Shown here piece after piece: positions 20,848 through 30,413 of a stretch of DNA of 64,000 bases. Source of the stretch: Alphaproteobacteria bacterium. Lineage in GTDB: Bacteria > Pseudomonadota > Alphaproteobacteria > JAREAF01. The position numbers and the translations under genes are program-made. Each line of letters begins with the position of its first letter. The stretch's first letter is position 1. The notes below the pieces were generated by a model. It was not told where the DNA came from and searched no databases. It worked only from the letters and a program-made list of their open reading frames with translations. The stretch covers positions 40,163-104,162 of the forward strand of contig DASPGI010000066.1 of assembly GCA_035620695.1 (NCBI GenBank), written 5' to 3'.

Positions 20848-22077
20848 TCAATAGGCTGGGTCGCGGGAGACAGGGCAGGTCATGCAATGGCCACCGCCAC
20901 GCCCGCGGCCAAGCTCGGCTCCGCGTACGGTGATCACTTCGATGCCCGCCTTTCTCAGAAGAGTGTTGGTGTGAATGTTCCGGTCGTAGGCGACGACGAC
21001 GCCGGGCTCTAACGCGACGACGTTGTTTCCGTCGTCCCACTGCTCGCGTTGTGCGTCGTAGGCGTCTCCTCCGGTCTCGACGACGTGGAGCTTTTTTAAC
21101 CCCAGCGCCTCCGGAACCACCTCCAAAAGCGGCTTCGTCTCCTTGCGTATCTCGATGCCGACCGGCTCCTTGCCGGGATAGGCGCTGTAGCAGGCGATCT
21201 GATCGACCACCTCGCGGAAGACGGTGACGATATCGCGATCACAGAAACTGAAGACCGTATCGAGATGCATCGCCGCCCGGCTCTTGGGCATCAGGCATGC
21301 GATCACGCGCGAGGCCGCCTTGTTCCGGAACAGCTCGCGACAGACCTGCATCACCGCGTGCCGGCTGGTCCTCTCGCCCATCCCGATCAGCACCAGCCCC
21401 TTCCCGACCGGCATGACGTCGCCGCCTTCCATCGTGGCATTGGCGAAGTCTTCGTCCGAATCACCCCACCAGATCTTGAAATCGCCCTGTTTAAACAGCG
21501 GGTGAAACTTGTAGACGGCGCGCTGGAGCAGGGTTTCCGGCTTGCGCGCCGGCCAGAACATCGGATTGCACGTAACCCCGCCATAGATCCAGCAAGAGGG
21601 ATCGCGCTGAAACAGGGTATTGGGAATCGGCGGGATCACGAAATCGGCGCCACCGAACGCCTCGCTCATCATCTTCTTCATGCCGTTTTCAGGGAGGTCG
21701 TCGACGGCGATGCCGCCGATCAGATGTTCGGCCAGTTGCTTGGCCGGCATCTCGTCGAGCCAAGGACGCATCGCCACCGCAGCGCCGACGCCAACATGAT
21801 TCGACGTGATACGGCGGTCGAGGATGAAGGCTCGTCCCTCGGGCTCTTCCAGAACCGCGGTCAGCAGATCGTGCAGGTCCAGGACCTCGGTGCCTCGTTC
21901 CTGCATCTTCAGCGCGAAGTCGTAGTGGTCCTTCTGCGCCTCGTGCACCCACAGCACATCGTCAAATAGCAGGGTATGGCAGTTTCCGGGCGTGAGGCGC
22001 TGATGCGCCAAACCGGGCCGGCACACCATCACCGCATTCAGCTTGCCGACCTCAGAGTGAACCCCGAGCTTGAACAT
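20848..22077 (-). CDS. arcA: Arginine deiminase
   Basis: Start taken at [13 protein letters not shown] (ATG at 22077) behind a GGAGAGGAAG RBS. The listed ORF start at 22149 would overlap arcD and is probably an over-extension. It contains ADI family blocks, including the catalytic Cys region GGGHCMTCP. Confidence 0.93.
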   Translation of the reverse strand: MFKLGVHSEVGKLNAVMVCRPGLAHQRLTPGNCHTLLFDDVLWVHEAQKDHYDFALKMQERGTEVLDLHDLLTAVLEEPEGRAFILDRRITSNHVGVGAAVAMRPWLDEMPAKQLAEHLIGGIAVDDLPENGMKKMMSEAFGGADFVIPPIPNTLFQRDPSCWIYGGVTCNPMFWPARKPETLLQRAVYKFHPLFKQGDFKIWWGDSDEDFANATMEGGDVMPVGKGLVLIGMGERTSRHAVMQVCRELFRNKAASRVIACLMPKSRAAMHLDTVFSFCDRDIVTVFREVVDQIACYSAYPGKEPVGIEIRKETKPLLEVVPEALGLKKLHVVETGGDAYDAQREQWDDGNNVVALEPGVVVAYDRNIHTNTLLRKAGIEVITVRGAELGRGRGGGHCMTCPVSRDPAY

Positions 22078-22121
22078 CTTCCTCTCCCGTAATCCGTGAT
22101 CCGAAGAAGCTTCCACTCCGT

Positions 22122-23603
22122 TCAAAGCGGGCTGATTTGGCCGGTCCATAAGAGCCAGCCTGCGTAGACGCCGAGCGCGACGATTGCTGCGGCGATCAGC
22201 GCCTCGATCCCTGTGAAGGCTGCCTGCCCCGTCTCCCTACGCGCCTTGACATAGACGAGGATGCCCGGAACGAAGAGCACCGCGCACATCAACAGGTAAG
22301 AGAGCCCTGCGGCATAGACGAGCCAGAGTCCATAAAGGGTGGCGACCGCGCCTACGATCAAATCGCGGGTCCGCCCGCGCTCCGCCGTTCCGTAGCCCTC
22401 GCCCGTCAGCGCCAGCTTCAGCGCATAGGCGCCGGAGAAGACGTAAGGAGGCAGGATGGCCACCGAAGCGATGAAGTAGAAGAACTGATAGGCGCTCTTC
22501 GAGAAGAACGAGAGCACCAGGAACAGCTGGATAAGGATATTGGTGACCCAGAGCGAGTTGACCGGCGAGCCGTTGGCGTTCTCCGCGGCGAACCATTTGG
22601 GGAAGGTGCCGTCGCGGCCGCAGATATAGGGAATTTCCGCACAGAGAAGCGTCCAGGCCAAGAATGCGCCCCCGACCGAAACGATCAGACCGATATTGAT
22701 GACGGCCGCACCCCAGGGCCCGACCACCGAGGCAAGGACCCCGGCCATCGAAGGAACCTTCTGGTCGGCAAGCTCGGGCTGGCTCAACACCCCGGTGGCC
22801 AGAAGCGACACGAGCACATAGATGCCGAGAGCTCCGAGGAAGCCGAGCACGGTCGCCCGCCCGACATCTCGCCGATTGGCCGCGCGGGCGGAGTAGACGC
22901 TTGCACCCTCGATGCCGATGAAGACCCACAAGGTCACCAGCATCGTGCTCTTGACCTGGTCGAGCACCGAGCCAAGCCCGGCATTCTCAGCGCCGCCTGC
23001 CCGGCCCCAGAAATCGAAAGTGAACTGGTCCCAGTTGAAGGCGATGATCGCCACCAGGATGAAGAGCATGATCGGCGCCAGCTTGGCGACGGTCGTGATC
23101 AGGTTGACGAACGCCGCCTGCCGTATGCCCTTCAGCACCAGGGCATGGATCAGCCAAAGGCAGATCGACGCCCCGATGATGGACGGCAGGTTGTTGCCGT
23201 CCCCGAACATCGGAGCGAAGTAGGACAGCGCCGAGAAGATCGCGACCGCATAGGCGACGTTGCCGAGGAAGGCGCTGATCCAGTATCCCCAGGCGCTGTT
23301 GAATCCGATGAAATTGCCGAAGCCCGCCTTGGCATAGGCGTAAGGGCCGGCGTCGAGGCCAGGCTTGCGCATGGCCAGACCCTGATAGACGAAGGCGAGC
23401 ATCAACATGCCGATGCCGGTCACGATCCAGCCGATCACGATCGCGCCAGGACCAGCACTTCTCGACATGTCGGACGGCAGATTGAAGACGCCGCCGCCGA
23501 TCATCGAACCGACGACGAGTGCGACCAAGGGCAGGAGCGTCAATTTTGGCGATACGCCGGCTGCCCTGCTCTCCTGTCCGGCCGTTGCAACCTGAGTGGT
23601 CAT
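22122..23603 (-). CDS. arcD: Arginine/ornithine antiporter, APC superfamily
   Basis: 493 aa, 12-13 TM, with an APC-type N-terminus ([18 protein letters not shown]). First gene of the arc operon. Confidence 0.9.
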   Translation of the reverse strand: MTTQVATAGQESRAAGVSPKLTLLPLVALVVGSMIGGGVFNLPSDMSRSAGPGAIVIGWIVTGIGMLMLAFVYQGLAMRKPGLDAGPYAYAKAGFGNFIGFNSAWGYWISAFLGNVAYAVAIFSALSYFAPMFGDGNNLPSIIGASICLWLIHALVLKGIRQAAFVNLITTVAKLAPIMLFILVAIIAFNWDQFTFDFWGRAGGAENAGLGSVLDQVKSTMLVTLWVFIGIEGASVYSARAANRRDVGRATVLGFLGALGIYVLVSLLATGVLSQPELADQKVPSMAGVLASVVGPWGAAVINIGLIVSVGGAFLAWTLLCAEIPYICGRDGTFPKWFAAENANGSPVNSLWVTNILIQLFLVLSFFSKSAYQFFYFIASVAILPPYVFSGAYALKLALTGEGYGTAERGRTRDLIVGAVATLYGLWLVYAAGLSYLLMCAVLFVPGILVYVKARRETGQAAFTGIEALIAAAIVALGVYAGWLLWTGQISPL

Positions 23604-23668
23604 TAGTGGTCCCTAAATAAGTGATCCCTAAGTCGGATCAGATGTAAGGCGCACCAAACGGAACGTTG

Positions 23669-23682
23669 TTGATCTGGATCAA
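23669..23682. promoter_or_regulatory. Candidate FNR/ANR-type box TTGATCTGGATCAA upstream of arcD
   Basis: Perfect TTGAT-N4-ATCAA palindrome centred about 72 bp upstream of the arcD start codon, in the 340-bp arcD/porin divergent intergenic region. Confidence 0.55.
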
Positions 23683-23942
23683 AGGGTGCCCGTGATTGCT
23701 CTTCAAGTTTTTGTGATCTTCCGAACTAGAAGTGACTGCACAAGAGGTAGCCTTAAGTTCGCGGCCAATCACCAGCTTGTCTGTAACTCGCTCGCCACAC
23801 GGTATGATTGATCTCGAATCTCATTTTGGTTTCGCGTTGACCCTCTATCCTCCGCGGTTCTACTCCGGTGCCGTGGGCCAAGACTCGGAAGGCTGACAGG
23901 GGGATTGACTCCTCCAGCCTTGATCTTGGAGGGGGCCATAAG

Positions 23943-25064
23943 ATGAAAAGAGTTCTGTTGGGAACGACGGCATTGATGGCCGCCAGCGCGATCGGCATGG
24001 GCCAAGCCCATGCGAAGTTCGATGTGACGATCAATGGCGTCTGGAACACCGCTTACGGCTTCGTCGACCAGGATGACAGCACCGGCGAGTCTGGCGACAA
24101 TAGGCACAACCAAGCCATCAACGAAGACTTCGAGGTGTTTTTCCAGATAACCCAGACCTTGGATAACGGCGTTACGGTCGGCGGCCGAGTCGAGCTGGAA
24201 GGCTTTCAGTCCGACAGTGACCAAATTGATGAGCGCTGGATCTATTTCCGCGGCGGCTTCGGCGAGGTCCGCATCGGCGACGAGGACGACGCCCGCAAGC
24301 TGATGTCTTACACCTCTCCGAACCCGACGAACTTCCTTTTCGGCGTGAATTCGCCCTCCTTCACCTTCCAGAGCTTGGCCTCCGGCCAGGTCGTGTCGAC
24401 CAACTCGACCACTCCGTTCGACGGCGACTCCTCGAAGATCATCTACTTCACGCCCTCCTTCAGCGGTTTCCAGCTCGCCGTCTCTTACGCGCCAGATGCC
24501 AGCCAGGACCGCACCGGTTTCGGCACCGGCAGCACCCAGGATTTCGTGTCGAGTTATGTCTCGATCGGAGCAAACTATTCCGGTCAGTTCGACGGCTTTA
24601 CTATCGGGGCTGGCGGCGGATATTCCCAGGCTCACGCCGAAACCAACGGTCCTGGTCCTTTCGGCAATGCCATCAACGACGACAGCCCCTATACTTGGGC
24701 GGCCGGCGCGAATATCGGCTTCGGCGGGTTCACCGTGGGCGGATCGATCGCGATGGGCGATGGGCTGGATTCAACCGGCTACAACGGCTATTCGGTGACC
24801 GAAGCCACCGTCTATGATATCGGCGTGACCTACGCGTTCGATGCGGTCAATGTCGGCATCGCCTGGAGCCACGGCGAATACGAGGACGTAAACGACGGCG
24901 AGAATGACGAGCTCGACTTCATCACCCTCGGCTCGGGTTACACATTGGGCGAGGGGGTGTTACTCGCCGCCTTCGTCGGATGGTTCGACTATGAGGATGG
25001 AGGCCCGACGAGCAACGACAATACCGGCTGGCAGGCCGGCGTCGGCGCCGGGCTCGACTTCTGA
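23943..25064 (+). CDS. Alphaproteobacterial porin (Omp2/RopA-like)
   Basis: Start at MKRVLLGTTALMAASAIGMGQAHA (signal peptide, GGAGGGGG RBS) rather than the listed 23868. Glycine-rich beta-strand pattern with a C-terminal ...GVGAGLDF. Confidence 0.8.
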   Translation: MKRVLLGTTALMAASAIGMGQAHAKFDVTINGVWNTAYGFVDQDDSTGESGDNRHNQAINEDFEVFFQITQTLDNGVTVGGRVELEGFQSDSDQIDERWIYFRGGFGEVRIGDEDDARKLMSYTSPNPTNFLFGVNSPSFTFQSLASGQVVSTNSTTPFDGDSSKIIYFTPSFSGFQLAVSYAPDASQDRTGFGTGSTQDFVSSYVSIGANYSGQFDGFTIGAGGGYSQAHAETNGPGPFGNAINDDSPYTWAAGANIGFGGFTVGGSIAMGDGLDSTGYNGYSVTEATVYDIGVTYAFDAVNVGIAWSHGEYEDVNDGENDELDFITLGSGYTLGEGVLLAAFVGWFDYEDGGPTSNDNTGWQAGVGAGLDF

Positions 25065-25162
25065 CCTCGATCTCTGGTTCGCGCGTAGCCTCTGGGCTTG
25101 AGCGCCGTTGCTTTGACAAGTGCGGCCTCTTTTCCAGGAACGATGTTCCGAAAGGGAGTGGC

Positions 25163-26629
25163 ATGAGCGTCCAGCAATCTTGCGCACCGCTTGGCCGTCG
25201 GGAACTCCTCGTGGCGCTTCTCGCCGCGCCACCGCTGCTTTTCGCCTATCGCGCGCTGGCGCAGACAGGAGCTCTGCAAGACGAAGACGAAGCGGAAATA
25301 CCCGATGACCCGTTACTTGCCACCGCCCTCAGCCATTGGACCGGCGATCTTGACGGGATGGTCGAACGGGGCATGCTCCGCATCGCGATTCCGTTTGGAT
25401 TGACGACCTATTTCCTCGACGGTCCCGATCAACGGGGCTTGACCTACGAGTTCGCGCTGAAATTCGAGGAGTTCCTGAAGAAGCGCCTGGGCAAACAGGC
25501 GGCCAGGTTGACACTGGTTGTCATACCGACCAGCCGTGACCGGCTCTTTCCGATGGTGACGGAAGGTCTGGTCGACATCGCTGCCGGTTCGCTCACCATC
25601 ACGCCCGATCGGCTCGCGATCGTCGATTTCAGCGATCCTTTTGGCACAAATGTGCGTGAGGTGCTGGTCACAGGTCCCGCTGCGCCCGATATTCGCACAG
25701 CTGAGGATCTGCTAGGGACGCCCATCCATATCCGGCGGTCCAGCAGCTTCTACGAGCATCTGCGGGACCTGAATGATCGCCGGATCGCCGAAGGCAAGGA
25801 GCCGTTCCTGGTCGTGGAGGCGGATGAGAAACTGACGACGGACGATTTCTTCGAGATGGTGTCCGCCGGAATGTTTCCAGCGACGATCGGCGACGATTTC
25901 GCGGCCAACTTTTTCGTTCAGGTCTTCGACAATCTCCGTATCCATGACGATCTCGTGCTTGCGGATAATCAGTCGCTCGGCTGGGCGTTCCGGAAGAACA
26001 GCCCGCAATTGAAGGAGGCGGTAAACGCCTTTGTCGATACGGCCCGCAAGGGAACACAGTTGGGCAACATCCTGCTTGCAAAGTATCTCAAGAATACGAA
26101 ATGGGTCGAGAACGCGCTGGCCCCGGGCGAGCGGGAGAAGTTCAAGGCGACAGTCGGCCTCATCAAGACCTATGCCGATCGCTACGAGTTCGATTGGCTG
26201 ATGATCGGGGCACAGGCGTACCAGGAGTCCCGGCTCGATCAGAGCAAACGCAGCCCGGTCGGCGCGATCGGCATCATGCAGGTAATGCCGCAGACCGCGC
26301 GCGATCCCAATGTGGGAATTCCCGACATCCACATCACCGAGCCGAATGTTCATGCCGGGGTCAAATATCTGCGCTTCGTGCGCGACCAATATTTTAGCGA
26401 TCCCGAACTGACGGAGCTGGATCAGACCCTGTTTTCTTTCGCCGCCTACAACGCGGGTCCCGGCAACATTCGCAAAGCTCGCCGCCATGCCGGGAAGCTC
26501 GGCCTCGATCCGAATGTCTGGCTCGACAATGTCGAGATTGCCGCGGGCAAGGTGATCAGCCGCGAACCGGTCGTTTACGTGCGCAACATCTACAAGTATT
26601 ACATCGCGTACAAGTCGATCGGCGGATAG
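25163..26629 (+). CDS. mltF: Membrane-bound lytic murein transglycosylase F-like (PBP3 domain + SLT domain)
   Basis: 488 aa. N-terminal family-3 solute-binding-like domain plus a C-terminal lytic transglycosylase domain with the catalytic block AYQESRLDQSKRSPVGAIGIMQVMPQTA. Confidence 0.85.
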   Translation: MSVQQSCAPLGRRELLVALLAAPPLLFAYRALAQTGALQDEDEAEIPDDPLLATALSHWTGDLDGMVERGMLRIAIPFGLTTYFLDGPDQRGLTYEFALKFEEFLKKRLGKQAARLTLVVIPTSRDRLFPMVTEGLVDIAAGSLTITPDRLAIVDFSDPFGTNVREVLVTGPAAPDIRTAEDLLGTPIHIRRSSSFYEHLRDLNDRRIAEGKEPFLVVEADEKLTTDDFFEMVSAGMFPATIGDDFAANFFVQVFDNLRIHDDLVLADNQSLGWAFRKNSPQLKEAVNAFVDTARKGTQLGNILLAKYLKNTKWVENALAPGEREKFKATVGLIKTYADRYEFDWLMIGAQAYQESRLDQSKRSPVGAIGIMQVMPQTARDPNVGIPDIHITEPNVHAGVKYLRFVRDQYFSDPELTELDQTLFSFAAYNAGPGNIRKARRHAGKLGLDPNVWLDNVEIAAGKVISREPVVYVRNIYKYYIAYKSIGG

Positions 26630-26682
26630 CGCGATTGGAGAGCCCGCCCCGTCGAGCGAAAACTGCAGTTAAGGATGCGGAG

Positions 26683-26862
26683 ATGCGTATTGCTTATTGG
26701 CTGGCGGCGAGCGCGATGCTGCTTGCGGCGGGCTGCGCCGAGGAGCCCGGTCCACCGCGCTGCTACAAGATCCTCGAATCGTCGAATGAGTCCGGCGCGC
26801 GCGCGCTCATGGTGACGCCCTGCCCGCCCGGAAGGCACGGGCTGCTGAAAGACGGGGAGTAG
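26683..26862 (+). CDS. Hypothetical small lipoprotein
   Basis: Start at MRIAYWLAASAMLLAAGC, a lipobox LAAGC, about 59 aa. No homology recognisable. Confidence 0.35.
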   Translation: MRIAYWLAASAMLLAAGCAEEPGPPRCYKILESSNESGARALMVTPCPPGRHGLLKDGE

Positions 26863-26986
26863 CTCGGCGCGACGGCAGACAATCCCGCCGTCCCACGAGG
26901 TTAACCAACCTTCATTATAGAGTTTTTAAATAACTTTCGCTCTAATCCTCGCCGGTCCCCTGAGCCGGATTTGATAGGAGGAGATA

Positions 26987-27205
26987 ATGACAAGAGCAGT
27001 TGCTGTTCCGACTTACGTCATCCCGGTTCGCGCCATCGAGGCGACCGTTCACCCGCAAACCGGAGAAGCGGGAGTACAGTTCATGGATCCGACCAGCTCG
27101 ACCGTGTTCCTGCCGGTCTCGCTGGACTCTCTTAAAGAGCTGGCCTCGGATATCAACTGGATCCTGACGCGATTGGAACTTGCAGGCGAGGCAAGTGCCA
27201 CCTAA
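26987..27205 (+). CDS. Hypothetical small protein (72 aa)
   Basis: Strong RBS AGGAGGAG immediately upstream of the ATG. No recognisable domain. Convergent with the histidine kinase gene. Confidence 0.4.
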   Translation: MTRAVAVPTYVIPVRAIEATVHPQTGEAGVQFMDPTSSTVFLPVSLDSLKELASDINWILTRLELAGEASAT

Positions 27206-27358
27206 CCCCTGGTTGTTCAGATCCAGCCAAGCCACCACAGAACCCATCGTCGCAACCCCGGCGATGGCGGCATAGACGAGCAGCATCATCGCGGCCGCGA
27301 GAGCGGGGTGTCGTATCTGCGAACAGAAAGAGTGCCGAATCGGGCGTGAAGCCGGAGA

Positions 27359-28771
27359 TTAAGAAAGGGGCACCTCGATTTCGCAGCGCAAGCCGTCCTT
27401 GCGCCACTCCATTTCGAGGGTACCTCCCAACTGCTGACAGACGGCCCCTTCAATGATGGTCATGCCGAAGCCCTTTTTTCTCGGCGGCTGGGCCTCAGCG
27501 CAACCGCTTTCCGTCCACCGGAACAGCAGTCGGTCGCCCGGCATCCCCCACCAGCGCAGCTCGATACGGCCGGACGGCTGGTGGATTGCGCCATGCTTGA
27601 CGGCGTTGGTCGACAGCTCGTGCACCACCATGGCGAGCGACTGGGCCAGCTGCGGGGAGACCGAAAGAGAGGGGCCATCGATCGCCACGCGGACATTCTC
27701 GCCTCCCAGATAAGGAGCAAGCTCGTCCTGGACGATACGGCGCAGATCGGCACCTTCCCAGCGCGAGGTCGACAGCAAGGTGTGCGCACGAGACAGGGCC
27801 GAGATGCGGCCGTCGACCGCCTCCTTGAACTCCGGTATTGAATCGGCCTGGGTCAGATGCACCAGCGCCTGGATCACCGCAAGCATGTTCTTCGCCCGGT
27901 GGTCCACCTCGCTGGCAAGCAGGCGCAGCCGTTCCTCCGACGCCTTGCGCTCGGTGATGTCCACCAGCATGTTGACCGCCCCGACCACGGCGCCCGAGCA
28001 ATCGTGCAGGAGTGTCGGATAGGGCGCAAAGGTAACGCGCGTGCCGTCCGGACGCTCCACGACGGCTTCGGCGCCTCTGATCGGGCGGCGCTGGTTGAGC
28101 GTCTGGGCCATGGGGCAGTGATCGTGCGGCATCGGCCTGCCATCGGGATAGAACAGCCGCCACGATCCGCACCAGGTCGCGGTTCCGATCTCAGGTCGAC
28201 ACCCCCAAAGCTCGACGGCGGCTTCGTTGTAGAAGGTGATGGAACCGGCCGCATCCGTGGTGTAGATGGCGGCGGGCAGTCCTTGAAGCAGCTCACGCAG
28301 CCGCTGTTCGCTTTCCTTGACCCTCTCTTCTGCAAGCCTGCGGCGAGTGATGTCCTGAAAGCAGTTCACCGCGCCGGCGAGCTCTCCCGTCTCCGAGAAA
28401 AGCGGCCGGACATTGAGCAGAACCGAGATGCGTGTCCTATCCGGGCGCTCGATCGTGAGCTCTCGATCGACAGCCGGAATTCCGGTCCGCAATACTTCCG
28501 CCATCGGCGTTTCGTCGAGCGAGAGCGGCACGCCGTCCGGCGTGTAGGCGCGCAACGCTCCGCAATAACGCTGCCGAGCCTCGCCGATCTGCGGCGAGCG
28601 GCCCCAAAGCATCGCGGCGCGCTCGTTGTAGCGGATCAGCGCCCCGTCCCGGTCGCAGATGCACAAGCCGATCGGCAGCGCATCGAAGAGGTGTTCGCCC
28701 CAAAGCGGGAGGGACCTTGGCTGGGCCGAGACGAATGGAACGACCTTTTCCGCCGCGGTCGGCTCGCTCAT
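27359..28771 (-). CDS. Cytoplasmic PAS-PAS sensor histidine kinase, HWE/HisKA_2 family
   Basis: 470 aa. Two PAS-like repeats, an H-box HRAKNMLAVIQAL (HisKA_2) and an HWE-type ATPase region (HELSTNAVKHGA ... RWWG ... E). No TM segments. Confidence 0.85.
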   Translation of the reverse strand: MSEPTAAEKVVPFVSAQPRSLPLWGEHLFDALPIGLCICDRDGALIRYNERAAMLWGRSPQIGEARQRYCGALRAYTPDGVPLSLDETPMAEVLRTGIPAVDRELTIERPDRTRISVLLNVRPLFSETGELAGAVNCFQDITRRRLAEERVKESEQRLRELLQGLPAAIYTTDAAGSITFYNEAAVELWGCRPEIGTATWCGSWRLFYPDGRPMPHDHCPMAQTLNQRRPIRGAEAVVERPDGTRVTFAPYPTLLHDCSGAVVGAVNMLVDITERKASEERLRLLASEVDHRAKNMLAVIQALVHLTQADSIPEFKEAVDGRISALSRAHTLLSTSRWEGADLRRIVQDELAPYLGGENVRVAIDGPSLSVSPQLAQSLAMVVHELSTNAVKHGAIHQPSGRIELRWWGMPGDRLLFRWTESGCAEAQPPRKKGFGMTIIEGAVCQQLGGTLEMEWRKDGLRCEIEVPLS

Positions 28772-28888
28772 GCTTCACCTCTCCCAAATTGTCGGCTCAC
28801 GCAAGGGACGAAGCGCGCGGCCGAACCGATGAAAACATCCGAAAATGGCGGCAGTTCTCGGCATCAAGTCGCCGGCCATTCACGGATC

Positions 28889-29692
28889 TTAGAATTGAGC
28901 GCCAAGCGCTATCATGCCGGCCAGAATCAGCGTCCATCCCGTGACGCGGGTCAGCCAGTGCCCCAACGGCACGCTTTTCTCGATCAAGATATAAAGGGCG
29001 AGCCCTCCGATCCAGGCGAAGTTCATGACGCCCCCATAGAAGAGCAGCCCCATCATGACCCAACAGCAACCGAGGCAATAGGCGCCATGCGCGATACCCA
29101 TGCGAAGAGCGCCAAATCGGCCCGAGCGCCAGTGGTGCGAAAGAAACCGAAGCGGGCTTTGGCAGTGGGCGAGGCATGCGCGTTTGATCGGAGTGAGCTG
29201 CCAAGTTCCCGCGCCGATCAGGATAAGCCCGCCCAAGAATGAGCTAGCGCTGGCCATCGCCATGGTCATGAGGCCGCTCTGGTCGAGCGCCCAGTGGAGG
29301 ATTGCCGCGACCAGGCTGAAACTGCCCCAGACCAGCATATAGCCCCAGGCGAAGGACAGCGTCGCCGACGCTCGCCCATCCGTCAAGCGCCGAGCGACGA
29401 GGTCGTAGAGAAGAATAGTCGGGGCAGCGCTCGGCAGCATCATCGCCGCCATCATGATCCACCACATCAGGAAGATCACGACGGCGTAGCCGGGGGACCA
29501 GGGCAAGGGCGCCATCACCATGCTCGGGTCCATTCCATCCATCGAGGGCATGCCCGCCCCGGCGAAGAGATAGACCCAAGCCAACCCCGCCACGACCAAA
29601 AGCGCTACCGTCACGACGCGGCGTTCGCGCTGCAGCACCAGCCGCCATGCTTGGCGAGATCCTCGAATCTGATGGAGAGCGACCTCGCCCAT
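28889..29692 (-). CDS. DUF2182-family predicted metal-binding integral membrane protein
   Basis: Start at MGEVALH (ATG at 29690-29692), which overlaps the stop of the upstream DUF1326 gene by one base (ATGA coupling) with a neighbouring GGA; the listed ORF start is 29746. Polytopic (6 TM), Met/Trp-rich helices. Confidence 0.7.
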   Translation of the reverse strand: MGEVALHQIRGSRQAWRLVLQRERRVVTVALLVVAGLAWVYLFAGAGMPSMDGMDPSMVMAPLPWSPGYAVVIFLMWWIMMAAMMLPSAAPTILLYDLVARRLTDGRASATLSFAWGYMLVWGSFSLVAAILHWALDQSGLMTMAMASASSFLGGLILIGAGTWQLTPIKRACLAHCQSPLRFLSHHWRSGRFGALRMGIAHGAYCLGCCWVMMGLLFYGGVMNFAWIGGLALYILIEKSVPLGHWLTRVTGWTLILAGMIALGAQF

Positions 29693-30327
29693 CAGGCAAT
29701 CACGCCCTTGGGTCCGTAGGCGACATATGTCAGAAAGCCATAGCAATTACGGTGCTGCATACCCAGCTCGGGACCTGCGGACTCGAAACGGCCACTGGCC
29801 ATCTCGGCCTCGCGGAACTCGAATCCCTCCGGCAGCCGGATCTGCGCCCGGTGCGGCGCGCCGGTCACGGGGTTGCGGATTGGCTCCAGGCTCATCTCCA
29901 TCATTCCAGGCACGCGGAAGCCGCCGGTGCGTGATTCGAGATCAGCGCTGAACTCTACGGGAGCCACGATCAGGTCCAGCTCACGGGCGATGGTTGCTCC
30001 ATAGATGTTGAAGGGTGTGGCCGGCTCCTGCTCCTTGCCGGACATGATCTGGATCAGCGCATCGCGCTGCTCGGGCGTGGCGCGCTCGTCGATGAAGCCC
30101 TGCGCGACGCCGCCCCCCTCATGAACCGGCCCCGGCCAGCGGTAGCGCGCACCGATGATGAGCCCGTCGAGCTTCACGGCGCCGAAATGACCTTGGTCGA
30201 TCCGATGCGCCTCCAGGCCTTCGCAGATCGGGTGCGTCGGACGTGCATTGAACTCGCACGGGCAGCCATAGTCGCAATTGCAGGCGGAGATCTTGGGTCC
30301 CTTGATCATCCAGTCCCGATGCGCCAT
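29692..30327 (-). CDS. DUF1326-family protein, the usual partner of DUF2182
   Basis: 211 aa, soluble, with a Cys-rich N-terminus (ISACNCDYGCPCEFNARP). Translationally coupled to the downstream DUF2182 gene. Confidence 0.7.
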   Translation of the reverse strand: MAHRDWMIKGPKISACNCDYGCPCEFNARPTHPICEGLEAHRIDQGHFGAVKLDGLIIGARYRWPGPVHEGGGVAQGFIDERATPEQRDALIQIMSGKEQEPATPFNIYGATIARELDLIVAPVEFSADLESRTGGFRVPGMMEMSLEPIRNPVTGAPHRAQIRLPEGFEFREAEMASGRFESAGPELGMQHRNCYGFLTYVAYGPKGVIA

Positions 30328-30413
30328 CTGCGCCTCCTCGACGATTCCAGTTTAGTGGAAGAAAAACGATGATGCCCGCCGGATCAAGCCGGTTAAGGGT
30401 GCATAGGGAGTAG

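Noticed and set aside
22078-22149. arcA N-terminal extension ([11 protein letters not shown]...) that overlaps arcD by 28 bp
   Set aside because: An in-frame ATG at 22077 with a strong GGAGAGGAAG RBS gives the canonical ADI N-terminus [13 protein letters not shown]. The extension is most likely not translated.
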